A program made the translations under genes and the position numbers. Below the pieces are notes generated by a model. It was not told the DNA's origin, made no database searches, and saw nothing but the letters and a program-made list of their open reading frames with translations. This document shows positions 42,526 to 51,335 of a stretch of 64,000 bases of DNA, piece by piece. The stretch comes from an uncultured bacterium (GTDB lineage Bacteria > Desulfobacterota_D > UBA1144 > Nemesobacterales > UBA2774), in assembly GCA_963825135.1 (NCBI GenBank), contig CAWGRW010000009.1, forward strand, positions 576,001 to 640,000. Reading direction: 5' to 3'. Each line of letters begins with the position of its first letter. The stretch's first letter is position 1.

Positions 42526-42804
42526 TTACGAAAGAGCGTCGATTTCCCCGGCGAGCTTAAAATCCTTTTCGGTCAATCCGCCTTTGCTGTGCGTCGATAG
42601 AGTCAAAGTCACGTTCTTATACTGGATAAGGATATCCGGATGGTGGTCGGCCTTCTCCGCGAGTATGGCCACCTTATTCACGAAGCCGACCGATTCGACG
42701 AAGTTTTTGTTCCTGTAAACCCTGACGATCTCATTCCCCTTTCTCTCCCAGCCGTGCAGTCCTCTGAGACCCTCTTCTATTTCAGCATCGGATAACAGCG
42801 CCAT
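42526..42804 (-). CDS. Pterin-4-alpha-carbinolamine dehydratase
   Basis: AEKADHHPDI, THSKGGLTEKD. Confidence 0.92.
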   Translation of the reverse strand: MALLSDAEIEEGLRGLHGWERKGNEIVRVYRNKNFVESVGFVNKVAILAEKADHHPDILIQYKNVTLTLSTHSKGGLTEKDFKLAGEIDALS

Positions 42805-42879
42805 GTCGTCTTACCCCCCTTCACATTAGTTTATGGAGGGCGGATGGATAGTCAAAAAAATGTCAATTAAACTTAACCC

Positions 42880-43383
42880 ATGCCAAGGGTAATTATCGGT
42901 GTCGGGTCCAACATGGGAGACAGGCTCCGGAATTGTATAACAGCGCTTAGAGAGATCTCGGCCTTTGCCGAGATTTTAAAAGTGTCCTCGGCATACGAAA
43001 CGGAGCCCGTCGGGAACGAGGACCAGCCCGATTTCATAAACTGCGCGGCGGAGATAGAAACCGCGCTCCCGCCGCAGGACCTTCTCAAGCGCGTGCGGGA
43101 AGTGGAAGAAAAACTGGGCCGGGTCAGGGACGCGAGATGGGGACCGAGGACGATAGACGTCGATTTAATTTTCTACGACGAGCTCACGCTCGATACCGCG
43201 GATTTAAAATTGCCCCATCCCCGGGCTCACTTGAGAAGGTTCGTGCTCGTGCCCGTCTCCGAAATAACGCCCGGCAAGGTTCACCCCGGCTGCGGGGTAA
43301 CGGTCAGAGAGCTGTGCGAGAGACTCGGGGACGGGAAATCGGTTAAAAAAGTCTATCCGCCGTCCACACTATTTCCACAGTAA
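42880..43383 (+). CDS. folK: 6-hydroxymethyl-7,8-dihydropterin pyrophosphokinase
   Basis: GSNMGD, YETEP, WGPRTIDVD, LPHP..H.R.FVL.P. Confidence 0.96.
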   Translation: MPRVIIGVGSNMGDRLRNCITALREISAFAEILKVSSAYETEPVGNEDQPDFINCAAEIETALPPQDLLKRVREVEEKLGRVRDARWGPRTIDVDLIFYDELTLDTADLKLPHPRAHLRRFVLVPVSEITPGKVHPGCGVTVRELCERLGDGKSVKKVYPPSTLFPQ

Positions 43384-43556
43384 TCCACACCCTGTCAACA
43401 GCCGCGGAACAGGATAACAAGAATTTTCTCAACAGGGATTTTAATAATTTTGGGAATAAATATTGTTGTGGCAAGAGGCAATTAGGCGGGTTTCACGCCG
43501 GCATTGCGCACATCTTGTGGATAAACGGCATCAGTTCCATGCACTGATTGTCCACA
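43360..43556. promoter_or_regulatory. DnaA-box cluster (candidate oriC or DnaA-binding locus)
   Basis: Perfect TGTGGATAA at 43516; one-mismatch boxes at 43371, 43381, 43451, 43548; weaker boxes at 43360, 43392, 43426, 43467, 43504; central AT-rich tract. Confidence 0.65.
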
Positions 43557-43571
43557 GACATTGCCTGAACT

Positions 43572-44426
43572 TTACAAGCCCGGGAAGGCCCTGGCCGACT
43601 CGAGCGTATTCCAGAGCAGCATCGCTATCGTCATGGGCCCCACTCCCCCCGGAACAGGAGTGATATAGGAGGCTTTTTTGCTCACCCCTTCAAAATCCAC
43701 GTCCCCCGTGAGCTTCCCGTCCTGACTGCGGTTTATACCCACGTCTATAACGACTGCACCTTCCTTGACCATATCGGCCGTAATAAAATTCGCGCGCCCG
43801 ATCGCGGCCACCAGAATGTCGGCCCTCCTCGTAACCTCGTCGAGCGGCTTCGTGCGGGAGTGGCAGATGGTCACGGTCGCATGCCGGTGGAGGAGGAGTA
43901 AGGAAACGGGCTTCCCCACTATGTTGCTCCTTCCGACCACGACCGCCTCCTTACCTTCTATGCCTATCTTATAAAAATCGAGCAGCTTCATTATCCCGTG
44001 CGGAGTACACGAGATGAACCTCGGCTTTCCCTCCACGAGGAGCCCCACGTTAAAAGGATGGAACCCGTCCACGTCTTTGAGCGGGGAAACAGCCCTCAGT
44101 ATCTTCGTTTCGTTTATCTGAGCGGGAAGCGGCAGCTGGACCAGGATGCCGTGTATGTTTTTATCCTCGTTTAGCCTGCCGACGAGTGAAAGCAGCTCTT
44201 CCTCGGTAGTTTCCCCGCCGAGCTTATGCTCTTCCGAATACATACCCGCCTCGGCGCAGGCTTTCCTTTTGTTCCTGACATATATTTCAGACGCGGGGTT
44301 GTCCCCAACGAGCACCGCCGCGAGACCCGCGGTTACCCCGGTCTCCCTCTTGAGCCTGTCGACTCCCGCCGCGACCTCATTCCTTATGTGCTGTGAAACG
44401 AGCTTCCCATCCATTAATTCGGCCAT
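43572..44426 (-). CDS. folD: Methylene-THF dehydrogenase/cyclohydrolase
   Basis: GILVQLPLP, KDVDGFHP, GRSNIVGKP, TPVPGGVGPMT. Confidence 0.97.
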   Translation of the reverse strand: MAELMDGKLVSQHIRNEVAAGVDRLKRETGVTAGLAAVLVGDNPASEIYVRNKRKACAEAGMYSEEHKLGGETTEEELLSLVGRLNEDKNIHGILVQLPLPAQINETKILRAVSPLKDVDGFHPFNVGLLVEGKPRFISCTPHGIMKLLDFYKIGIEGKEAVVVGRSNIVGKPVSLLLLHRHATVTICHSRTKPLDEVTRRADILVAAIGRANFITADMVKEGAVVIDVGINRSQDGKLTGDVDFEGVSKKASYITPVPGGVGPMTIAMLLWNTLESARAFPGL

Positions 44427-44442
44427 ATGCCGCTCCTTTTGA

Positions 44443-45243
44443 TCATTCGAATTTCCAGAAATGGTTTAACGGGCCGTGCCCACTGCCGAGATGAAAAGAG
44501 TGCATGATCGCGCGGGTGACGTAATCCTTCGCCTCCTTCACCGCGCCTTCGGGGGAGGACCCCCCGGCGAGCGCCGCGCAGACGGCCGCCGAATAGGTGC
44601 ACCCCGTGCCGTGCGTATTCACGGTTTCTATTCTCGGGGCTTTGAGCTCGTAATGGTCCCTGCCGTCATAAAAGATATCAATAGATTCAGGCGAATTCCC
44701 GAGATGCCCGCCTTTGACGACCACGTACTCGGGACCCATCGACTTTATGGCTTCAGCCGCCTGCTTCATTTGGGAAAGGGACGAGATTTTGAGCCGCGTA
44801 ATCTCTTCCGCTTCGGGAATATTGGGGGTCACGATATAGGCCAGGGGGAATAGTTCTTTCACCATCTGATCCCGGGCCGGGGCGTCCAGCAGCGGCTCGC
44901 CTCCCTTGGATATCATTACAGGGTCCACGACGAGCTTCCGGACACTATATTCCTTAATCTTCTTAGAAACCGCGGAAACGATTTCCTTATTCGACAGCAT
45001 CCCGGTCTTCACAGCGTCGGCCCCTATATCCCCCAGGACGGCATCGATCTGGAGCTCGACGAAGTCCCCCGGCAGGTCCTGTATGCCAAGAACCGACTCC
45101 GTATTCTGAGCGGTTACCGATGTGATAACCGACATCCCGAAGACCCTGAACGCCGTAAAGGTTTTGAGATCGGCCTGTATCCCCGCTCCTCCCCCCGAAT
45201 CCGAACCCGCAATTGTCAGTGCTCTAGGTACATTTCGACCCAC
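44443..45243 (-). CDS. thiD: HMP/HMP-P kinase
   Basis: [37 protein letters not shown]. Confidence 0.96.
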   Translation of the reverse strand: MGRNVPRALTIAGSDSGGGAGIQADLKTFTAFRVFGMSVITSVTAQNTESVLGIQDLPGDFVELQIDAVLGDIGADAVKTGMLSNKEIVSAVSKKIKEYSVRKLVVDPVMISKGGEPLLDAPARDQMVKELFPLAYIVTPNIPEAEEITRLKISSLSQMKQAAEAIKSMGPEYVVVKGGHLGNSPESIDIFYDGRDHYELKAPRIETVNTHGTGCTYSAAVCAALAGGSSPEGAVKEAKDYVTRAIMHSFHLGSGHGPLNHFWKFE

Positions 45244-45251
45244 GCCGGTTT

Positions 45252-45280
45252 ATTCTACAAAGGTTTTGGAACCTTTACAA
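45252..45280 (-). promoter_or_regulatory. sigma70-type promoter of thiD-folD (leaderless or near-leaderless)
   Basis: TTGTAA-17 nt-TAGAAT, 8 nt before the GTG, no SD. Confidence 0.6.
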
Positions 45281-45364
45281 ACAGGCTCTTTTCGCGCCCT
45301 AGACTAAATAAAATTTAAATGTAATATATTCTCAGCTAAAATTACCAAAGGAGATATCGGAGTT

Positions 45365-45781
45365 ATGGCAGAGATATCAGAGAAGGACGAAATTCTGTTC
45401 CCGGAGCTGTTCACGGTGGATAAAGAAGGCAGGGTCAGGCTTGTAGCCGGGTACTCGAAGGAATCGAATAACTGGACATTTCCAAAATACCTTGCCGATC
45501 CGGTGAGCTTCTCGGACGAAGTCGAAGAGAAACTCTTAAGCCCGACAGGAGAGCTGCATTCCTTTACGATTGTAAGGAGAAGCATGCCCGAGTTCCCCGT
45601 CCCGTATGCGCTCGCGCTCGTGGATTTCCCCGAGGGAGTCAGGGTAATGGCGCAGGTCGAAACGAGCGACCCGGAGGGACTGAAGATCGGCCAGAGGATG
45701 GGAGTAACCGTCGGGACGGTAAAAAAATCCAAGGACGGCAAGGACGTAAAATCTTATAAATTCGTCCCGCTCAAGAATTGA
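45365..45781 (+). CDS. DUF35/ChsH2-like OB-fold protein with the zinc-ribbon cysteines lost
   Basis: G.LHSFTIV...VPY.LALV...EG.RVMAQ...LKIG..M; no Cys in the protein. Confidence 0.75.
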   Translation: MAEISEKDEILFPELFTVDKEGRVRLVAGYSKESNNWTFPKYLADPVSFSDEVEEKLLSPTGELHSFTIVRRSMPEFPVPYALALVDFPEGVRVMAQVETSDPEGLKIGQRMGVTVGTVKKSKDGKDVKSYKFVPLKN

Positions 45782-45975
45782 TCCGGCCTTCCACGGGCGC
45801 AGCTGAACTCCATATCCCTGCGGCATCGTCGTATACCGAACACGGATGCGCGGCTGAATGCGTAATATAGTATTGCCGTGCGGCTCTTCGGACTCGCAGG
45901 GATAGTAAAATCCTTATTTACTTTTGCCGCTTTATCATTTATTCTGAAAGCAGTTTCACAAGAGCATCTGGCTAG

Positions 45976-46863
45976 ATGAAGAAACCTCTTCTGATACTCC
46001 CCTATATCGCATTACTAACCTTCATAATTCCTGTAACCGTTTTCTCAGCCAACTCGACTGAATCCAATCCGCAGGAAGAGCCGGCAGCCAAATTATCCGA
46101 CGAGAGAGACGACCTCCTGTCGGTCGAGGTGACGAGCACGAAGCTCCATCTCGTCCTGCTCGGGACGCTTACGAGCGGAGGAGTCCCCAAGGCCATGATA
46201 AAGAACCCCGTCACCGGGGACCTCGGTACTTATAGTCCGGGCGACACGCTGGACCTGGTCAATTCCGAAACAGTAAAGGTAGTAGAGATCTCCAACTGCG
46301 CCGTGCTCATAGAGAGGTCGGGAAACTTCGAGACCATGGAATGCGAGAATAAAATGCCTACCGTCGTCTTTAACAGGCCTTCCGCCCTCGCAAGATACAC
46401 GATCATCCTCCCGGAAGACGGCAGTACTAAATTTATCTTCTCGGACGAGTTCACCACGGATTACGACAAGGACATACTCTCCGTCAGCGAGAAACACGGG
46501 GTAGACCCTTATCTCGTGAAGGCCGTGATAAAGACCGAATCGAACTTCGACCCGAACGCCGTATCGCCCAAGAACGCACAGGGGATCATGCAGCTCATAC
46601 CCGGAACCGCTGACGATTACGGAGTGAGCGATCCCTTCGACGCCAAAGACAACATGGAGGGAGGCGTGCATTACTTAAAAGACCTTCTCGAATATTTCGA
46701 CGGAGACATGAGTCTGTCTCTCGCTGCGTATAATGCGGGAAAAGGGGCGGTCATTAAGAACGGCTTTTCCATACCCCCATATCCCGAGACGACGGACTAT
46801 ATCGCAAAAGTCCTCGGTTACTACAAATTGCTTAAAGCGAAAAGCTACGCCTTAAAAAGATAG
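45976..46863 (+). CDS. Exported lytic transglycosylase (SLT) with an N-terminal GspC/PilP-like beta domain
   Basis: Signal peptide; VIKTESNF (catalytic Glu), GIMQL, AAYNAG, PPYPET..Y. Confidence 0.88.
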   Translation: MKKPLLILPYIALLTFIIPVTVFSANSTESNPQEEPAAKLSDERDDLLSVEVTSTKLHLVLLGTLTSGGVPKAMIKNPVTGDLGTYSPGDTLDLVNSETVKVVEISNCAVLIERSGNFETMECENKMPTVVFNRPSALARYTIILPEDGSTKFIFSDEFTTDYDKDILSVSEKHGVDPYLVKAVIKTESNFDPNAVSPKNAQGIMQLIPGTADDYGVSDPFDAKDNMEGGVHYLKDLLEYFDGDMSLSLAAYNAGKGAVIKNGFSIPPYPETTDYIAKVLGYYKLLKAKSYALKR

Positions 46864-46942
46864 AATACCGCGGCGCCGTTGAGGGATTCCATCCGCCCCT
46901 GCGATCTGGCTTCCGCTTTTCCAATGAGAGATGCGAACCTGT

Positions 46943-46971
46943 TTGACAAAGCCCCGTTCTTTATCTAAACT
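46943..46971 (+). promoter_or_regulatory. sigma70-type promoter of the tRNA gene
   Basis: TTGACA-17 nt-TAAACT. Confidence 0.7.
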
Positions 46972-46996
46972 TCTAAATTCACTAAACAAATTCGGA

Positions 46997-47070
46997 GGGC
47001 CCATAGCTCAGTTGGTTAGAGCGGCGGACTCATAATCCGTTGGTCCCTGGTTCGAGTCCGGGTGGGCCCA
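46997..47070 (+). tRNA. tRNA with CAU anticodon, most likely tRNA-Ile2 (lysidine); CCA not encoded
   Basis: GGGCCCA/TGGGCCC acceptor stem, D arm GCTC/GAGC, GCGGA-CTCATAA-TCCGT, TTCGAGT T loop; resembles Ile2 more than Met/fMet. Confidence 0.92.
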
Positions 47071-47230
47071 CACTTAGAAGAGGTTATCGTTCTTTAATGG
47101 GCGGAGAAGTCATAATAAGAATAACGATCAGACCCGAGACACCTGCTCCGATACCGGCTTCCCGATTTTCATCCAGATTTACCAAGACCCTTCTTTTCGA
47201 AAACAACGCGATAAAAATAAGGAGAAGAAT

Positions 47231-47959
47231 ATGAGAGACCAGATATCGGTTCTCGACACGCTCCAGCGTATAGATCTGGAGCTCAGTCAGCTGGAAGAGA
47301 ACCTTAGAGAATATCCCAAAATAATCTCGGAATTCGAGAAAGAAATCGACACCTCAAAGGGGAAGCTGAAACTTTCCACCGACAGCAAGGACGAGGTACT
47401 GAAGAATAAAGTCAGGATCGAGCAGGAAATATCCCAACATGAGGAACTGATCAAGAAATCGGAGCAAAAACTGTTCGAAATCAAGACTCATAAGGAATAC
47501 GAAGCCCTGCAAAAGGAAATCTCGGAGTCAAAGAGGAAGAACTCGGAGCTTGAAGAAAAGCTTTTGGAAAGCATGGAGAAACTGGAGAACATCGAAGCCC
47601 GGATATCCAGGGACCAGGAGGACCTCGCGAATAAAGAAAACGAATACAATGACAAGATCGCCGGTTTTAAGGAGAAGATAGAGGAGCTGACGTCCCTGTA
47701 TCAGCCTAAGAAAGAAGAGAAAGAAAAGATCGCTTCCAGCTTGAGCCCTGACATACTCCCCATATACGAGCGCGTTAAAAAGAGAAACGGGTTCGTGCTG
47801 GCCGTCGCGAGAAACGAGGTATGCATGGGATGCTATATGCACATTCCGGCGCAGCTCTTCAACGAAGTGCTCACCCTCTCAAGACTCATACAATGCCCCA
47901 GCTGTCAAAAATTTCTCTACTGCGAAGAAGAACTCAAGAGTGAAGCTAAAACAGGATAG
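47231..47959 (+). CDS. Coiled-coil protein with C4 zinc ribbon (CT398/CdsZ-like)
   Basis: LQ.ID..., long coiled coil, KEYEALQKEI, CMGC...CPSC. Confidence 0.88.
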   Translation: MRDQISVLDTLQRIDLELSQLEENLREYPKIISEFEKEIDTSKGKLKLSTDSKDEVLKNKVRIEQEISQHEELIKKSEQKLFEIKTHKEYEALQKEISESKRKNSELEEKLLESMEKLENIEARISRDQEDLANKENEYNDKIAGFKEKIEELTSLYQPKKEEKEKIASSLSPDILPIYERVKKRNGFVLAVARNEVCMGCYMHIPAQLFNEVLTLSRLIQCPSCQKFLYCEEELKSEAKTG

Positions 47960-48383
47960 CCTTCCATTTAATAAAGCCGGCAATAAGCGCCTCGATATAT
48001 ATATAGACGGCGCGGCCAGAGGCAACCCGGGAGAATCAGGGATAGGGGTCCTGATAAGAGAGGAGAGCGGCGGTACCCGGGAGGTCAAAAAATACCTGGG
48101 CACCCGGACGAACAACCAGGCCGAATACACAGCCCTGATTACCGCACTCGAATCGGTCCACAACCATAAAAGCCAAGAGATACGAATATTTACAGACTCC
48201 CTGCTCCTCGCCAACCAGATGAACGGAATCTGGAAAGTTAAACATCCCGAGATCAAGGAGCTCTACACAAGGGCCAAAGGTTTACTCCAAGGATTCAGAC
48301 AGGTTACAATCAGCCATATCCCCAGGGAAGAGAACGGTGAGGCCGACAGGCTTGCGAATCTCGCCATTGATGAATATCTTTAA
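47940..48383 (+). CDS. rnhA: Ribonuclease HI (Ty1/archaeal-like type)
   Basis: YIDGAARGNPG, TNNQAEY, FTDS, HIPREEN..AD.LA. Confidence 0.9.
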   Translation: MKLKQDSLPFNKAGNKRLDIYIDGAARGNPGESGIGVLIREESGGTREVKKYLGTRTNNQAEYTALITALESVHNHKSQEIRIFTDSLLLANQMNGIWKVKHPEIKELYTRAKGLLQGFRQVTISHIPREENGEADRLANLAIDEYL

Positions 48384-48387
48384 GGCA

Positions 48388-48775
48388 GAGGCAAGTGAGC
48401 CGGGCAGTCGCTGGTCAAAGCAGAAATGCGGAGACTGGAGGAAAGTCCGAACTCCGCAGGGCAGAGCGCTGGGTAACGCCCAGGTGTCGTGAGGCAACGG
48501 AAAGTGCCACAGAAAACAAACCGCCAATGCTTTTCGATCATGGAAAGCCGGTAAGGGTGAAAAGGCAGTGTAAGAGACTACCGCGCCCGCTGGCGACAGC
48601 GGGCGGCAAGGTAAACCCCGCTCGGAGCAAGACAAAATAGGGAAGCGATTTTCTTCGTGAAAGAGAGGACGGCCCGTCCGATGCTTCCGGGTATGTTGCA
48701 AGAGGCATTCAGTAATGAGTGCCCCAGATGAATGATTGTCCAAGACAGAATTCGGCTTACAGGCTCGCTTGCTTC
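48388..48775 (+). ncRNA. rnpB: RNase P RNA, bacterial type A
   Basis: GAGGAAAGTCC, GAAAGTGCCACAGAAA, GGTAAACCCC, ACAGAATTCGGCTTA; P1 gaggcaagtgagc/gctcgcttgcttc. Confidence 0.96.
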
Positions 48776-49977
48776 TAACTTATTTTCACAACCACGAATT
48801 CCTTCTTCCCTATCCTCACGCGGTGTGTGCCTTTATCGGGCATCGGCGAGTTTATATCGGCGACTCTTTCCCCGTCTACGCTCACCCCGCCCTGTGCGAT
48901 CAGCCTCTTCGCCTCGTTCCTGCTCTTGAGCTTCTCCGAGGACTCGACGACCAGATCGATGAGCGTCCAGGCGGCGTCATGCTTTATTGCGACCTCCCTC
49001 GCGTCGGGAGGGAAGTCCCTCTGTGAGAACTTCGTCGCAAAATCCTCCGCGGCCGCATTTGCCTTATCCGCGCCGTGGAGCCACGAAGTAAGCTCAAGCG
49101 CGAGCGCCATCTTCGCATCCATCGGATGTCCGTTCTTCAGACCCGATATTTCCTTATCCGTCCTGCGGGTCAATAACCCGTAGTATCTCCACATAAGGTC
49201 GTCAGGTATCGACATTATCTTCCCGTACATATCTACCGGCGTGTCCTCGACGGCGATGTAATTGTCGAGGGACTTCGACATCTTCCTCACTCCGTCGAGC
49301 CCTTCGAGGATAGGCAGCAGGATAGCCACCTGGGGCTCCTGGTCGAAATGCTTCTGCACCCCTCGTCCGAGGAGTATGTTGAATTTCTGGTCCGTCCCCC
49401 CGAACTCGACGTCCGATTTCATGTTGACGGAATCATAGGCCTGAATGAGGGGATACATGAACTCGTTAATCGAGATAGAAACGCCCGACTTGTAACGCTT
49501 GCTGAAGTCGTCCCTCTCCAGCATCCGGGCCACGGTTTCAAGCGAGGAAAGCCTGATAAACTCCTCGCCGCTCATTTTGCCGAGCCACGATGAATTGAAC
49601 ATGACCTCGGTCCTATCCCTGTCGAGTATCCTGAATACCTGTCTCTGGTAGGTAAGGGCGTTCTCCTCCACCTGCGCCTTCGTAAGGGGCGGCCTGGTCT
49701 CCGACCTGCCCGAGGGGTCCCCTATCATGGCCGTGAAGTCCCCGATGAGGAACATCACGGTGTGCCCCAGGTCCTGGAATTCCCGGAGCTTCTTCAACAA
49801 CACGCAATGACCGAGATGAAGGTCAGGGGCGGTGGGATCGAACCCGGCCTTAATTCTGAGCGGTACGCCCTTCACGCCCGACATCTTGAGCTTCGATAAT
49901 AGCTCGTCCTCGGAGATTATCTCCTCCGTCCCCCTCCTGATAATCTCCAGCTGTTCTTCCGGATCCTTGAACCTCAA
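48775..49977 (-). CDS. tyrS: Tyrosine--tRNA ligase
   Basis: [24 protein letters not shown]-terminal S4 domain. Confidence 0.97.
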   Translation of the reverse strand: MRFKDPEEQLEIIRRGTEEIISEDELLSKLKMSGVKGVPLRIKAGFDPTAPDLHLGHCVLLKKLREFQDLGHTVMFLIGDFTAMIGDPSGRSETRPPLTKAQVEENALTYQRQVFRILDRDRTEVMFNSSWLGKMSGEEFIRLSSLETVARMLERDDFSKRYKSGVSISINEFMYPLIQAYDSVNMKSDVEFGGTDQKFNILLGRGVQKHFDQEPQVAILLPILEGLDGVRKMSKSLDNYIAVEDTPVDMYGKIMSIPDDLMWRYYGLLTRRTDKEISGLKNGHPMDAKMALALELTSWLHGADKANAAAEDFATKFSQRDFPPDAREVAIKHDAAWTLIDLVVESSEKLKSRNEAKRLIAQGGVSVDGERVADINSPMPDKGTHRVRIGKKEFVVVKIS

Positions 49978-50132
49978 ATCTTTTTCCCTTTACTAAATAG
50001 TTTTAAACCGAGAAAGTCGTTCAAAAATATAGAATATCACGATTGATAGTCAATGGTGAGGTTTTTGTCCCGCGCATCACGGCGCTCGTTTCCGACTGTC
50101 TATAATTCGAACATTGGATACAATAATGACGC

Positions 50133-50663
50133 ATGATAACAGAAATTCACGGCCGGAAGCTGAGGCTCCTCATACCGGCCCCGGACATAGAAGAAAAGGT
50201 AAAGGAGCTGGGGAAGCGGATCACGGAGGATTACAGGGATAAAAACCCTATCCTGATAGGCATACTCAAGGGAGGGTTTATATTCTTGGCGGACCTCGTG
50301 AGACAGATCGATTTTAACGTCGAGATCGATTTCATAAGGGCATCGAGTTATAAAGAGGGCATGGAGCCCGGAGAGATAGAGCTTGTGACGGATACGGCCG
50401 CCCCGCTTAAAGGCAGGCACGTGGTGCTGGTGGAAGATATGCTCGATACGGGCATAACGCTCAATTTTTTAAAATCGGTGATTCTTTCCAGGGAACCCGC
50501 GTCCCTGAAAATATGCGCGCTCATGGACAAGAAAGAGAGGAGGCAGATAGAAATAGACGCCGACTATACGGGATTCAATATAAAAGAGGGATTCATAGTC
50601 GGGTACGGGACGGACTGCGGCGAGATGGGCCGGAACCTGCCGGGAGTATACGTCCTGGAATAG
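50133..50663 (+). CDS. hpt: Hypoxanthine phosphoribosyltransferase
   Basis: GILKGGFIF.ADL, VVLVEDMLDTGIT, FIVGYG.D, RNLP. Confidence 0.92.
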   Translation: MITEIHGRKLRLLIPAPDIEEKVKELGKRITEDYRDKNPILIGILKGGFIFLADLVRQIDFNVEIDFIRASSYKEGMEPGEIELVTDTAAPLKGRHVVLVEDMLDTGITLNFLKSVILSREPASLKICALMDKKERRQIEIDADYTGFNIKEGFIVGYGTDCGEMGRNLPGVYVLE

Positions 50664-50765
50664 ACTCCGCCCTATCGCGTACGGCCGCACGGCGGGCAAA
50701 GCCCCGAAGTAAAATAACCTCTTCAGACCGGTTACAATAATCCTAAAACTTTACCGGAGAACGAC

Positions 50766-51227
50766 ATGAGCCTTAGGGAAAAGATACCCCAGGATTTAAA
50801 AGACGCTCTCAGAGGCAAAAGAGCCCTGGATCTCACCGTATTGAGGATGCTGCAGTCCGCCATTCGAAATAAGGAGATCGAAAAGGGTAAGAAAGAGCTG
50901 ACGGACGAGGAAGTCATCGAGGTCGTAGCGGCGGAGGTAAAAAAGAGAAAGGAAGCCGCCGCGGAATTTGAGAAAGTGAGCAGGCCGGAGGCAGCTCAGC
51001 AGGAGAAGGCTGAAGCCGAAATACTGATGAAGTATATGCCTGCTCAGATGAGTGAGGACGAGATCAGGACGGAAGTAAAGAAGGCCGTCACGGACTCGGG
51101 CGCAGCCGGGATGAAGGACCTGGGTAAAGTGATGAAAATAATCATTCCCGCCGTAAAGGGAAAAGCGGACGGGGCGCTAGTGAATAAAATCGTCAGGGAA
51201 GAGCTTGAGAAGCTCGAACAAAAGTAA
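50766..51227 (+). CDS. GatB/YqeY domain protein
   Basis: MSLREKI..DLK.A, E.EIL.KYMP.Q, KDLGKVM, GKADG. Confidence 0.93.
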   Translation: MSLREKIPQDLKDALRGKRALDLTVLRMLQSAIRNKEIEKGKKELTDEEVIEVVAAEVKKRKEAAAEFEKVSRPEAAQQEKAEAEILMKYMPAQMSEDEIRTEVKKAVTDSGAAGMKDLGKVMKIIIPAVKGKADGALVNKIVREELEKLEQK

Positions 51228-51335
51228 TACAAATTAAATGTAATTGCCGGCCGGAATAATGCATAATCCGTAAACTACCGCACCCGAGGACGGAAGACCT
51301 TATCAGGACCGGTCGTAAACCAAGAGGAGATCCAA

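Noticed and set aside
43488..43503. parS-like GTTTCACG
   Set aside because: Half-site only; the palindromic second half is missing.
46997..47230. tRNA as an island integration site; xerC as a phage integrase
   Set aside because: No duplicated tRNA 3' end seen, flanks are core genes, and xerC sits in the housekeeping xerC-hslVU context.
48282..48743. ORFs called across rnpB and the tRNA
   Set aside because: Explained by the structural RNA genes.
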